Source of the DNA: Podarcis melisellensis
Lineage: Eukaryota
Assembly (NCBI GenBank): GCA_964234715.1
Contig: OZ174285.1
Direction: 5' to 3' (one strand)
DNA length: 64,000 bases
Shown here in pieces: positions 26,159 to 38,307 of the stretch; the first letter of the stretch is position 1; every line of letters starts with the position of its first letter. A program made the translations under genes and the position numbers. The notes below the pieces were generated by a model. It was not told where the DNA came from. It made no database searches and was given only the letters and a program-made list of their open reading frames with translations.

Positions 26159-28746
26159 TAAGAGCAGATCAAAAATATGCCAAAGCTTTGGTTGTCTGGA
26201 ATGATATGCACACTTAAATTATAACATTTTCTTATAGAAAAACAGTAAACATAACTTATACATTCAGAGGTGAGCAAGACAAACATTGTCCATATTATAA
26301 ACTTACATTATAGATAATGAAATGTTTGCAATGAGTAGTTACGAATCTATTATATATTTGGTATCTTAAACCATACTTAAGAATTTATCATATGACCTCA
26401 TATGAAATATGCACAGCAATGCAATGGCAAGTATAATTAGCAAATCCACTTTCATGGACAATTGCCAGGATGAGAATCAAAGCCTTTTTAAAAAACACAG
26501 AAAACAACAACAATTATATTTGAAGGTAGGTCTCCTGGTATTTAACAGGAAAATATTGCTGTTGATGAGAATCACATTAATATTAATCCCTGGGTTGGAC
26601 TCAGAATAATTAACACCAAGTTAGTTAAGCCTCATTGATTTCAGTGGGTCCAAACTTACTAAGCCTGGACCCAATCCATTATATTTTATAATGAAAATAA
26701 AAGGCATTCAATTAATCATGTCACAAAGGAAATCTTAGGACAATTGACAAACCTGAATATGTTTTGAAAGAACACCAAGATTTCTCAAGATTTTCATAGC
26801 ACTAATAAAATCTTCAGCTGTCTTTAACAGCAGAGATGAGAAGGACAATGATGGGAACATTAGCTGTATTGGTTTATGTTCAAGTGTTCAGTGCTGAAAC
26901 AGTAATTATGTAGATTTGGTAATGCTACAATTTCTTTTAATTTCAAAACTTGACAATATAATCTGCACATATAGAAAGTTCCCAGCATGGAATATTAACA
27001 GACCAGCTGTTTCTGCTTTGATGAAGCCCTGTTATCCACACGTGAACTATGCTTTAAGCAGTATTCTGCAGAAATCTCTTGAAGAAAGTCATCTTTGCAA
27101 CAAAATAGAAGAGCATTTAGGAAAAGTGTAAACAGGAAATTACTTTTAGGAGAGGAGCTCATAAAGCGCAGACACTAACAACCAAAGTATATTTGAATGT
27201 CAAGGGTCTGGTGTAAACATGCAAAGAACAAGGAAATTAAAGGGCATGTCATCTGCACTCAGCATACCTATAGCCAAACAAAAATTGCTCTCTTTGGAAA
27301 TGTATTTAAAAAAGAGATGCTCCCAGGTAAAGACTAAGTGTGCCAGATGTCAGTTTAGGCAACATACCAGTAATTAGCTCTTAATTCGCAAATGCAATAC
27401 AATAGAGACCTTTAATCACCTAAGCAGTACCAGAATTGTTAACCTGTACCTCCATATGGCTGACAGAAACAGGAAGGCAGAGATATTTGCAAGAAGCCAC
27501 ATTTAAGCTGGGGTAGGGATCAAAAAACAATATTTTGCACTCAGGTGTAAGATTGAAATACTATCCCTGACTTTAGCCCATTTAAGCAGGACTACCATGG
27601 AGAGGAGTCAAGACCTATGTCTTTTTCCCCCAGCACAGCTGCTGATGAAGGAGAAAAGATGTGACACAGATCACCACTGACAGTGAGTTCCTTAAGTTTG
27701 GTAGTGGGCATATGCCAGGCCCTTCAGAATTGGAAGCAAAATATTTCCCTATAAAACAATGGTCTCTCGTGTTGCAGGTGTTTTTTGTTCTAATGTTTAC
27801 TATTTCATCTGCCTTTAAGTTACTTGGAGCCTTGAGAAGTTCCAAAGAAGGTATAGCTGTTCAGCCACTTCAAATTGCAGTTTTCTGCTGTTTTTCAAAA
27901 ACTGGAGCCAGGCTCCAATAAAAACTCTCTGTGAAATGAGTTTAAGCTGTTTCTTCCTCATAAAATAACACAGCTTTCTTTCTAACAATGAACCTTTCTA
28001 ATATTACAATTATTATATTAGCACTTAAGTGGCTCAAAGTAATCTGACCTTTTATTTTTCAGGTAATGGTGTGTGTACCTTCAAAGTATGAGGGCTTAAG
28101 TGCTTTTCATTTATCATCCAGCTCCATTATGCATTTCTACCAGAGGGGAAAGAACCAACCACTGAGATGCTGTCACAGATTGACATTCATAAAGGCATCT
28201 GTTAAGCAGAATCCTATTAATGTGCTTTGGTGATGAATAAGTTTCATGTCCGAGCTTTAAGGTCTACTGCAGGGCAAAAAGGAAATGGTGGCTTTTTCTA
28301 CCCCGCTCCTATCTCCCTATTAGCTGCTCCTTTATAATGCAAACCAGTATGTTAGGCTGTTTTGGTTTGTGCGTTAATTTAGGACAACAAAGATGGTAAA
28401 TGTCGTGTGCAGTTTCTCTGTTAAAAGATAACCATTTCCTTAAAACAATGGTGTAAACATCTTTGCTTTTCATACTTTAGAAACAAAGAAATCACCTTTC
28501 CTGAATATATACTATATATGCACTTCAGTAATTATTTTATATACAGGGAAACACATACTTACACAGAGAGAAATGAATAGCCTTTTAAAGCTAACTTATT
28601 TTGTCTACAAAGAAATATACACTGCTAAAGATGGCATTGGCAGCACCTTCCAGTTTTCCTCGAACTGCTTCATTTCTTCTGAGACAGTTTAACCACCAGT
28701 GCTAAACAAGTATTGTTTTAACTCTTTTTTGGCATTTTATGATGTA

Positions 28747-28775
28747 TCAAACAGGAGGCGAAAAAACACTGGTAC
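28747..28775 (-). CDS. PPIP5K2: Best candidate PPIP5K2 terminal coding segment (STSVFSPPV*)
   Basis: Good acceptor (ctgttttgcttgtgtgcag) after the last certain exon; alternatives exist. Confidence 0.4.
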
Positions 28776-29290
28776 CTGCACACAAGCAAAACAGAATCAT
28801 GTTTCTTATGGTGAATAATAATAATAAAAAGACATGATCAAGACAAACAAGCATTTTAGTATCTGTTAGCTTTCAGGAGGAGAAACTTAAAACACGGAAA
28901 CCAATACAACTTTGGCTATGTCATGCCCAATATTACGATATCTCTGAAACTTGACAAAAATAAAATTAGAAGGATGGGAGCCAGGGGCAGCCTTTCCCTG
29001 GTTACTGTCTGAGGAGAATGGGAAGCTGCTGCCTCCCCTCTGCTGAACCACTGAAATCATGTGGTTGCAGGTTCCAGTGAGATCTTGTGGGAGATCCATG
29101 AGATCTCGCTGGAGCCCCCAAACCGCTTCTTGTCTAATGCATCATAATGAGACAGAAAAATAAGACCAATCCACACCAAAATGCTCTCAAATTTCTTAAA
29201 GTATAAAGCAAAATGATTCTGAACAACCTCAGACGGTTCTTGTTAATAATTAAGATGGATGTGAAAAGGTTTTTTTCAAGTATTCCTTAC

Positions 29291-29410
29291 TTGACATAGT
29301 CGAGGAACATTCTCGCCGACTCAAAGGGTCTTCTTGTGGCGTTGGTTGGATTTTTGCAGGGGTGTATGTATTTAAAGAGTTTTTTCTTGCATCCAGAAAT
29401 GATGGCGAAG
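29291..29410 (-). CDS. PPIP5K2: PPIP5K2 exon (SPSFLDARKNSLNTYTPAKIQPTPQEDPLSRRECSSTMS)
   Basis: AG/GT bounded, 120 nt; SLNTYTPAKI matches human as recalled. Confidence 0.88.
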
Positions 29411-30977
29411 CTAAAAGGGTTAATAAAAGTTACAAAGATATTTTATCTTATTCTTTCTCAAGTAACTGGATGTTGTCAATGCTGAAGAAGCAGAGATTAT
29501 ATAAAGTATCAACAAAGGCTGTATTATTCTTTGAACAATTGCCTCTGAAAAGTGTGTACATTGTTTTTATGCAAATAGTACAGTGAACATATTATGCACC
29601 AATATTATTCTTCATCAACATGGATCCATAGGTTTTTGTCAACATCATGTTTAAACTATTAAACAGTCATCTTTTTTGCTTCCAAGAAACCTACTTAGAT
29701 AAACCTGAAAGTTGTCTCACTAACTGAAGTTGGCATGCATGCACAGAAAATAGGTATCTGGCCAAATATGTATTCTGATATTTTTCTTATGTACTTCTTC
29801 TTTGTGTATGGCTTGCAGACTACTAAATTTAGCTATTGAAGAGTAGGATAATAAACTAGAGTACGAGGGTCTAATACTGCCTGAATAAGGAACTTTTTCC
29901 TCAGAGCATATTATCTCTGAGTACTAGGTAAAGATACCTAACTCAGCTTCTACTCACTTTTTTGACTTAGTACACCAAGATTTGCTAATTTAAAAATGGT
30001 TATGCTTCTCTTTACTGCTGTTTTCTACCACAAGGAACTTGAGAATTTTGCTTAAAGTTAGAGGCAGTTCTGGAGAATTTTAAATTTACACAATCAGACA
30101 TTTTGTGTTCCTTCATCCTAGTAGGTGTAACTTGAAACCTGCAATGCACCTTGGAATGTGAAATATATTAAGTCTGTTACCTCTTCCCATGCTCCATCTT
30201 GAGACCAAGCACAATGCAGGCTTCATGGCTTCAACACTAGGCCAATTTTTTGATCCCCTCACCTCTTGCTCTGCTTAAAATCTAGCCTGACAAAGAATTC
30301 TGGACAGCTCAAAAGCTTTCTCACCATTTTGTACCTGTTTGGATGCCCTAATAAAGGTATTGCCCTACTATGGAATTTGGGAAATTATCATTTACAGTTA
30401 GTTACAGAAATATCAAGAAATCTGCATGGCAGTGTTCGAGTGGAAAGAGAATAAAGTGCTATAGGCATCATAGTGTTCAGGGTCCAATAAGCTACTTCAA
30501 GTGTACAGAGAGGTATGTGCCATTTCCCCCACCTCAGCAACTCTATTTGAAGTTGCCTAAGTTTTTGAAACAAAGTTTCTAGCTTAGCTGTGGGACATAT
30601 GTGTGGAGTGGAGGGGTGGAATGGAAGCCCCACTTTTTTGGATCTTAGCAGTTTTTAATTGCACAAATAAGTATTGTCATTATATAGAAATTTTGCACAG
30701 CATACATGCAGGGTATGTGTTATAGTCATATTGTGTGACTAATTTAAGTTAAATTGCATTCTCTTACACTTCCAAGGACAGCCAAGAAGACAGCTGCAAT
30801 GTGGGTGGTGTGGTTATATGCCAATTCATGGGGAAAATGAGGAAATACTTATTTGATTAAATCTGAAACAGTTTATCAGTCCCACACCAGGAAACACTAA
30901 ATCCTAGTATTCAATGGATTGCCTATGGCCAGCAGCGTTTTGCAGTTTGCGAAATAAAAGACATAAAAGGTAATTAC

Positions 30978-31127
30978 GCAGAGAAAATGTGGATGCGGCT
31001 TGAAATCTGTCGTACAAAGGAGAGGCAGCAATGGAAGCAAGAAATTCATCCACCTGCTTTAATGACAAGGAGTTATGGAGGGTTTCTAGAGGGCAGATTG
31101 AAGGCACCATGGAATACAATTCAAAGC
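30978..31127 (-). CDS. PPIP5K2: PPIP5K2 exon ([50 protein letters not shown])
   Basis: Acceptor ttttctttttcag, donor C|gtaatt, 150 nt. Confidence 0.9.
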
Positions 31128-33049
31128 CTGAAAAAGAAAACACAGACACACACACACCACATATTTCCAACATAAAAGGAAGCAACTGAGCAATTATAAT
31201 GGCAAAGGTATGTTCTGCAGAAGTATGCTTAACAGGCCAGAATACAAAGAGACCCGTGCATGCCATGTGCACCAAAGCACTTCTGAACCCAGTGCAACTC
31301 TCCAAATTTCTGCTCCTTTTGCACTGCATCAGAAGCAGCTCCAGAATGATCGCTTGACTTTCTGAAGGGAGTTTTCTCAGGTAGACACATGGCACATGCA
31401 GGCCTGCAGTGAGAAAGATGGAACCAAAAAGCCTCAAACATGATTCTGGCTCCATCCAAACACATGCAATCATACAGTAACACTTCAGATACTGAAACAA
31501 TATGGAGCTGGACTAAAGGGTGTCAGAATTTCTTATATATGAAGCTCATGGTTCTGCATATACATAATATAAAAACATTTTTATTTAAATAAGTCTAAGG
31601 CAGCAATTTAACCACCACTTACACAGATGTAGACCTACTTATCCATTGTACTCTCCAATAACTCTAGTCTAGGTTTTCATTCAATTTATAAATTTCTATA
31701 TAAAACAGACTTAAGAAATCAATGAAGTAAAGGCTCAGCATGTCCCTATGTTACTTCCATAGGCATCAGAGCTGGCTCTTCAAGTCAAAACTCCTGGTCA
31801 TCTAAGTCTGAAAGTACTGTTTTCTGAGAAGAAAGCAAGGACAACCCTCTTCCAGGATTATGACAAGTTTCCTTAATATTATTTACATCCAGCTTCATTA
31901 CTTTTATAACAGTTACTGTCAAGCCACAAATAAATCTGAAATCCAGGGTTAGGCATCATAAGTAAAAACATAATCAACCATGCATACCTGAACTAACGTT
32001 AATTTAAAACTCCATATGCGTACATAAGCTTTAAAAAGCACTTGTGAACTGATTCAGACAGCTCCCCACAAAAAAATTGTCCATATAAAGTTTCACTATT
32101 ATAATTCTGAAAACAAAAACTGTAATTTTACTTAAGTTGCTAAATTTCTCTCAAGACCTTTTTTTCCAATGACATAGGTTTGCTAATGAAAAAGTATTCA
32201 TGTTTTTAGTGCAAGGTACATTTCAATGTAATATGAAGTAAACTATAGTGAACTCCAAAACTAAAGAATTCAAATTCTTGTTATCTGAAATCACTTTTCA
32301 CTCCTTAAATTTCTAGAGAAGGAAACTTTGCAAATGAACATTTTGGTATCTTATTGAATTGTAGCAGTTAAGCCTCTGTGTGTGCTTCAAGTTAATTGTG
32401 TTTAATGCATAATAATTCTTCTAAGAATACAACACTACGCATGCAGGCAAGCGCGAACCCTTTCTTTGCATTACAGTAAATTCCACGAGAACTGCAGCTT
32501 TCCCTGACTGGAGAAAATCCACAAATGTGTATGAGTATCTATGTAAGGAACAATTTCATGGGACTATGGCAGGCTATTTTCTTTAAGTGCTCATGTCTAT
32601 TTTGGTGCTTATAATTACCTCATGTCCAATAAATATCCTTTGAAACAGTTAAATCTGAAGCTCAATAGTGTCATTTATATTTCTGCATACTTCTTTTAGC
32701 TTTATTTACCTAGGCAATAAAAACCAACTATTCACTTGTGCACACACCCATCTTTTAGCAGCTTCATTACTGGATTATCAAGCATTGGAGAAATACCCTG
32801 AGACATGTGCCGAGAGGCCATTTCAACTGGATTGAAATTGAAAATGGTAACAACCTATTCATTTGTGTTCTTTTATTTTTAAAAAGACACCTACGTATTG
32901 GACAGTATGCCTTCAAATGTCTGATCTGCTAACGTGAGCTGACCTCTTAACATACCAGTTTCCATCAAAATGAAAGACAATGAAAGGGTTAGCGCAGCAA
33001 CTTAGAAAGCCACCCTGCCGTCTTACATTCGAAAGCTATAAAGACATAC

Positions 33050-33109
33050 CACTGGCGCCTAGAAATTCCTCAGAAGAAACCGACCAGCACCTAAAGAGGT
33101 CTGGATGTT
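33050..33109 (-). CDS. PPIP5K2: Candidate PPIP5K2 cassette exon (EHPDLFRCWSVSSEEFLGAS)
   Basis: ctctgtgcag|...GTG|gtatgt, 60 nt, phase 1-1, no stop. Confidence 0.5.
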
Positions 33110-33960
33110 CTGCACAGAGGCCCAGAAAATAAGTAAAGCACTGTCAGTAGATACTTGTTTCACCATGTATCTTGAACTCAAGATGAAAGGAAGGGGAAGA
33201 CTGAAATGGTTTAGAAGTTGCATTGTTATCTTAAAGTTATGGAAGTAAAAAAAAAGAGGAGGCCCTCAATGAAAGGTTAAGAACAAACAGTATGCCACGC
33301 CTCATTTTCAAAGCAGCTGGAGTGATCCCAAGTTACCTGAGGAAGTACATTTAGGCTTCTGAGTAATACATATAACCATGCAGTAAATTGTGAAAGTTGT
33401 GAGGATACATATTAATCAGATCACAGCAATCTGTATCAACACAGCTGTGATAAAAATATACAAATTTTAAGCACATACTATTTGGATAAAATGTGCTCTG
33501 CCAGCTATTCATGATATATTTCCTCCCTTTATTTGTAAATATTTATTTTTTAGCTCTCATACCTCAACTTTCAGCTGTTTTGCATACTAAGTTGAGCATA
33601 TCTCTCTTTAGATGACTTAATTTTAGAGTATGTGCACATTTTTTTTCCATTTTCACAACTAATTCCATGTGTAGGTATGAAATACTGTAGTAATATTAGT
33701 AAAGATTTGCTACTGAAGCAAACCTATCATTTTATTATGATGATTTGGGAATAGACACAAATCTACAGCTTCATGAAGACATTATATTACCTTACCACTG
33801 AACTCAGTTAATAAACGGCTTTGGAGACTTTTGAATAAGGATAAAGAAACTGAGAGCTACTGTTTGATCTATGATGGAGGAGTGGCCAGCTCAGTTTCTG
33901 TGATGAAAGGACCAATTCTGTGGCAAAGCTTTGTAAAATGTGTTATATGTTGAGGCAGGA

Positions 33961-34247
33961 TGGGGGCGGCTTCCAACAAAATGTTAAACGTTAAAAGCTT
34001 CCCTAAACAGGGCTGCCTTCAGATGTCTTCTAAAAGTCTGGTAGTTGTTTTTCTCTTTGACATCTGGTGGGAGGGCGTTCCACAGGGCGGGTGCCACTAC
34101 CGAGAAGGCCCTCTGCCTGGTCCCCTGTAACTTGGCTTTTCGCAGCGAGTGAATGGCCAGAAGGCCCTCGGCACTGGACCTCAGTGTCCGGGAAGAACGA
34201 TGGGGGTGGAGATGCTCCTTCAGGTATACTGAACCGAGGCAGTTTAG
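33961..34247 (-). mobile_element. L2 LINE 3' fragment
   Basis: Closely similar to 7850-8150. Confidence 0.88.
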
Positions 34248-35083
34248 ACCTCAGGAGGAAAACATAGCGGCAAGTAACTCATTAAAAAAAGCACTTAAGC
34301 TGTCTGTATGAAAGGAAAGTGAAGCAAATCATTTGGTTACTGACAGAAATGTAGGGAACTTTGTTTTCAGTTAACTTTTATTTTGTCTAATGTGATTTCA
34401 AGAAGATGATAGCAAGTTCCAGTTGTTATTTATAATGAAATCCTGAGTTCACAGAGAATAGGCTTAGCAGTGGTCGTTAGCTATGCTAGAAAATCAGAAT
34501 ATTCATGTTCAAAGGCTGTGTACCTCTGAATTCCAGTCACTGGGGGACAAATAGAGGACAGACCACCACTTTCATGCCCAACTTAATGAGTTTCCCAGTG
34601 CCATCTGGTGGTTGCTGTTGGAAATAGAGGGCTAGAGAAAGTGGACCTTTTGGTTTGGTTTAGTAAGGCAGTTCTTACGCTGAGTTCCAAAAGTTCAGAA
34701 CAGAGATATCCAACACAGCAGGATGCCAAAGAATATGAAGGGGAAAGGAATAGGAGCTGTTTACGATCAGAAAGCTTTTAAACCATACACTATGTGTACT
34801 AACTGGTTGTGTCATTAAGAAGGCTGCGTAAAAATAGACATGGAATTCATTTAATTCCCCACCCCATCCCAAAAAGGATTTTGAATGTGTGAATTTTAAA
34901 AGACTAGATTATGGAATTAAAAAGGGGAAAGGGATTTAAATTATCAGAATTTCTAATAATTGACAATATGGCCATGTGATCAGCTGGAATCAGGGAGGAT
35001 GATGGTGGACAGTACTATACACCCCATAGTTTGGAAGGGATGAAGCAAGGGAATACTTTTTTTTTAATAAAAGCAAAACATAC

Positions 35084-35146
35084 CATTGGTTGGGTGTCGA
35101 GCAAATGAGATAGAAAACCTTTTAACAGCAGAACCACGTGTGGTGT
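35084..35146 (-). CDS. PPIP5K2: PPIP5K2 exon ([21 protein letters not shown])
   Basis: AG/GT bounded, 63 nt, symmetric phase 1; matches human [21 protein letters not shown] as recalled. Confidence 0.92.
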
Positions 35147-35958
35147 CTGAGAAAGAGAAAAACAGGTACCTGAAATTCAAAACAGCTACCAAAAGAGGGA
35201 TAATTCAAGAAAGGACAGAAGAGGGGAAAACAATGAAGAGGAGGTTAGAACTGAGTGGCATGCAGAAGGGATTGGGAGAGGTGCAAAGGCCAAAACAGGT
35301 TTAAAAGCAGGTAAAACTTTGCTGGTTGTTACTACTAGAGGTTTAATGGAGTGTATGGAAGACAAATACGGGTGAGCTTGTGATTTTGGCATACAGACAT
35401 ACATGGTTAGAATTGAATATCATGGATGTGACAGTAGGAGAAAGCTGAATGTTTCTTACCCTCAAGAAAGTTAACAAACATTGTAAAATGGTGGAAATCT
35501 GGTGCTGACATTTCTATTCTGCTTGTTACTCTGAAGCCCCAAGCCAAACACTTTCAGGTTAATTTTAAAAATAATTTAACAAACGTACCACTTTTTAGGA
35601 CTTTACAAATATTAATGAATCTCCTTTGATTTCTCTAGTTCTCAATAAATGGCTTTTTGTTCCATTTCAGGAACTGTGAAAAAATTACCAAATTAAATGG
35701 TTTTAAACATAGGTTGAACATAAACTTTTTTTTAAGTTGGTTTGTTATGGAAGGGAAAGAGCCCTCCTTCCATCGGTGTGCCGTTAAACACAATTAATCT
35801 CTGAGAAATAAAGGGACACTACAACCCTCTACAAATTAATATTAGTGATCGGTATTATAGGCTTCTACTCTGTAAACAGGCCTAGGACTTTCTTTCAAGG
35901 TTTAATGTGTGCATATGAGTGGGTGGGTGTAAGTCCATGTGCGAAGGTGTGCACATAC

Positions 35959-36078
35959 CATCTATGCAGCCAGAAGAAGTCAGCTTTTTACGATGAATAC
36001 GAGCATAATCCTGTAGGTTAGGTGCACTTGAAGAACCCCCGAGCACCGAAGTGCTAAACAGGCTCGCACAGTGAGACC
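35959..36078 (-). CDS. PPIP5K2: PPIP5K2 exon ([40 protein letters not shown])
   Basis: AG/GT bounded, 120 nt, symmetric phase 1. Confidence 0.93.
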
Positions 36079-37082
36079 CTGATAGGAGTTAGAGAAAATA
36101 CATACAGCAACCAGGTGTTCTTCTGTTCACATCGGGAATGCATGCAGCATGCAAGCATATTGCTCTTACCACACAAGAGGCTGCCTCTGGCATAGCCTTG
36201 AACAGGTTCACAATATGCTTATAAAGTCAGTGGTACTTTCAGGATGTAACTACCACAAATTACTGTGCTTCTATTTATCACAATCCCCTTACTGATTATA
36301 TACAAAGAGAAGGCTGAACTCTAATGAAGGGAACTTCCTTTTGTTTCCTGTTGCTAGACTTGATAAAGAAAAAAAAAAATCACTGCCTGATAGGTCAATG
36401 TAAAATAAAAAGGGATGGTTGAGGAAGAAACACAAGATTGAATATTTGCAGTTTATAACTGAATCTGTTAAAATGAGCACTGAACTCTGCAAAAGACAGA
36501 GATCAGCATGTTTTCATGTGGAAATTCCACTTAAATTCATGGGATGTGATCACGTTTTCTTGCACGCGTTCCACTTGTGGCTTGTGCAGACATATCCCAT
36601 TAAATGTGTTGAGTTTCTCAATGTATTTTTAAAAGTTAATGGCTGATCTAAAAACAAACAAACCCTGGTGTACTGAGTTTTGCTGTCTGATATTAAAAAC
36701 CTTGTTTATAAAGAATAATTCTCTACATACTACAATATTGGTATCCTCTCATAATAATATTTTACTTTACATGTAAAAACCTAAGAAAAGGGCTACTTTG
36801 GGTGTAATGTATTTTGGACAATACCTTACCAATATAAAACTCATTTCAATGGCACTTGCTCAGGAGAGGTTTCTCCTATCCTTGCCCTTTGAAACCTGAT
36901 CTATTTGCTTTCTAATCATGAACCACTGATTCAAAATTTCTGTTATTACCACTGACAACCAAACGGTGAGGAAAACATTAGCAGCACATCTGATGAAACA
37001 TATCAATATAAATGTCTAATCTGTGGAGAAGCTTTGGAACTTAAGAAATACCTGCATTTAGATCAGTTTTCATCAACATGTA

Positions 37083-37391
37083 CTGTATTGGCATGAATAT
37101 AAGTCTCACTTTTTGCCCAAATTCTGACTGTGAAAAGTTAAAGTGTGGCTCATATTCGTGACCTTATGATATGCAGGCAGGAGTGTGGCAAAGCCGCGTC
37201 CATCCTATGCATAGTCCCCCATCCTCTCCCGCAAGGCCGGGAAGGGAGAAAGCGAGGAAGGGGAAAGGTTGCTAGCAACGGAGCAGCAAGGAATGAAGCG
37301 GCTTATATTCAGATTTTTTTTTCTCTTTTCCCTCTCCAATTTTAAAGGTGCGGCTTATATTTGGGTGCAGCTTATATTCGGGCCAACATGG
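37083..37391. mobile_element. Tc1/mariner-type MITE
   Basis: TA|CTGTATTGGCATGAATATAAG ... CTTATATTCGGGCCAACATGG|TA; internal gcggcttatatt repeats. Confidence 0.65.
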
Positions 37392-38237
37392 TATATTTAT
37401 GTGGAATATCACAGAGAACAGGATTGTGCAATGATTGAAGAACATTAGAAAAATTAAACTCCAGTAATCAAGAGCATCTGATGTATGCATTTTGCTAGGT
37501 AAAATTTTGAAACATGAAGAAACAAAAAAAGATTGTGCATATAGAAAGAATATAGAGTTAAGTAGACAACTGGAGAAATTTTTATCTTAGACTGCATTTA
37601 ATGCTGTGTTTGTTTTGTTTGACATGCTATGAAAGTGTTACCCATAATATTAAAACATTTGCAGAGCAAAAAAAGTGCCTGTAGTATACACTACCAAATG
37701 TAGTATAATACACTACAGAATGAAAATAGTATTCATTCTACAGTACTAAAATGCTGCTGAAATATAAATCTGATGCTTGCTGTAATAAAACAGTTACAAT
37801 AGCCAAGCCTGTATTCTGAAAGCTGTAGTTGATGGAATTTGGGGTAGTGCAAAGAACATTACTCTTGTGTTGTTCTTAAATGTATATGGAAAACAAAAAA
37901 TGAGAAAAATAAAGGTTTTTGATTACCAGGAGAATCTCTTCAACTGTTCCCATCTGACTAAGGAGCAAGCCCTCAAAAGCCTAGAGATAAATCCTCTTAA
38001 AATGGTCTCTATTAACTTGTCAAAACAACAATATGGTTTGGGTTCAAGTGAAAAATTCATGCCAACAATGACAACTGATATTCTATATTCAATGACCAAA
38101 TGACTTATTTGTATTAAAATATTCAAGATACATTATCCAAACAATGGAGTTAACTTTTAAAATATCTACAAGCTTGAATACTGAAAACTGAGTAGGTCTA
38201 CTTTAAAGGAGCAGGACTTTAGGAAATATATACGTAC

Positions 38238-38307
38238 CTATACCGCTTGCCTTTTGCTCCACAATAGTTCTTGGTGGTCGGAAATAACTGTTGGTTTCTG
38301 TTGGGAC
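38238..38307 (-). CDS. PPIP5K2: PPIP5K2 exon (VPTETNSYFRPPRTIVEQKASGI)
   Basis: AG/GT bounded, 70 nt, phase 0 to 1; resembles human VVSENANYLRTPRTLVEQK. Confidence 0.88.

Noticed and set aside
28887-29135. Possible PPIP5K2 terminal exon (NKKRFGGSSEIS...*)
   Set aside because: Sequence looks repeat-derived (repeated gagatct motifs) and has no similarity to PPIP5K2 tails; not fully excluded
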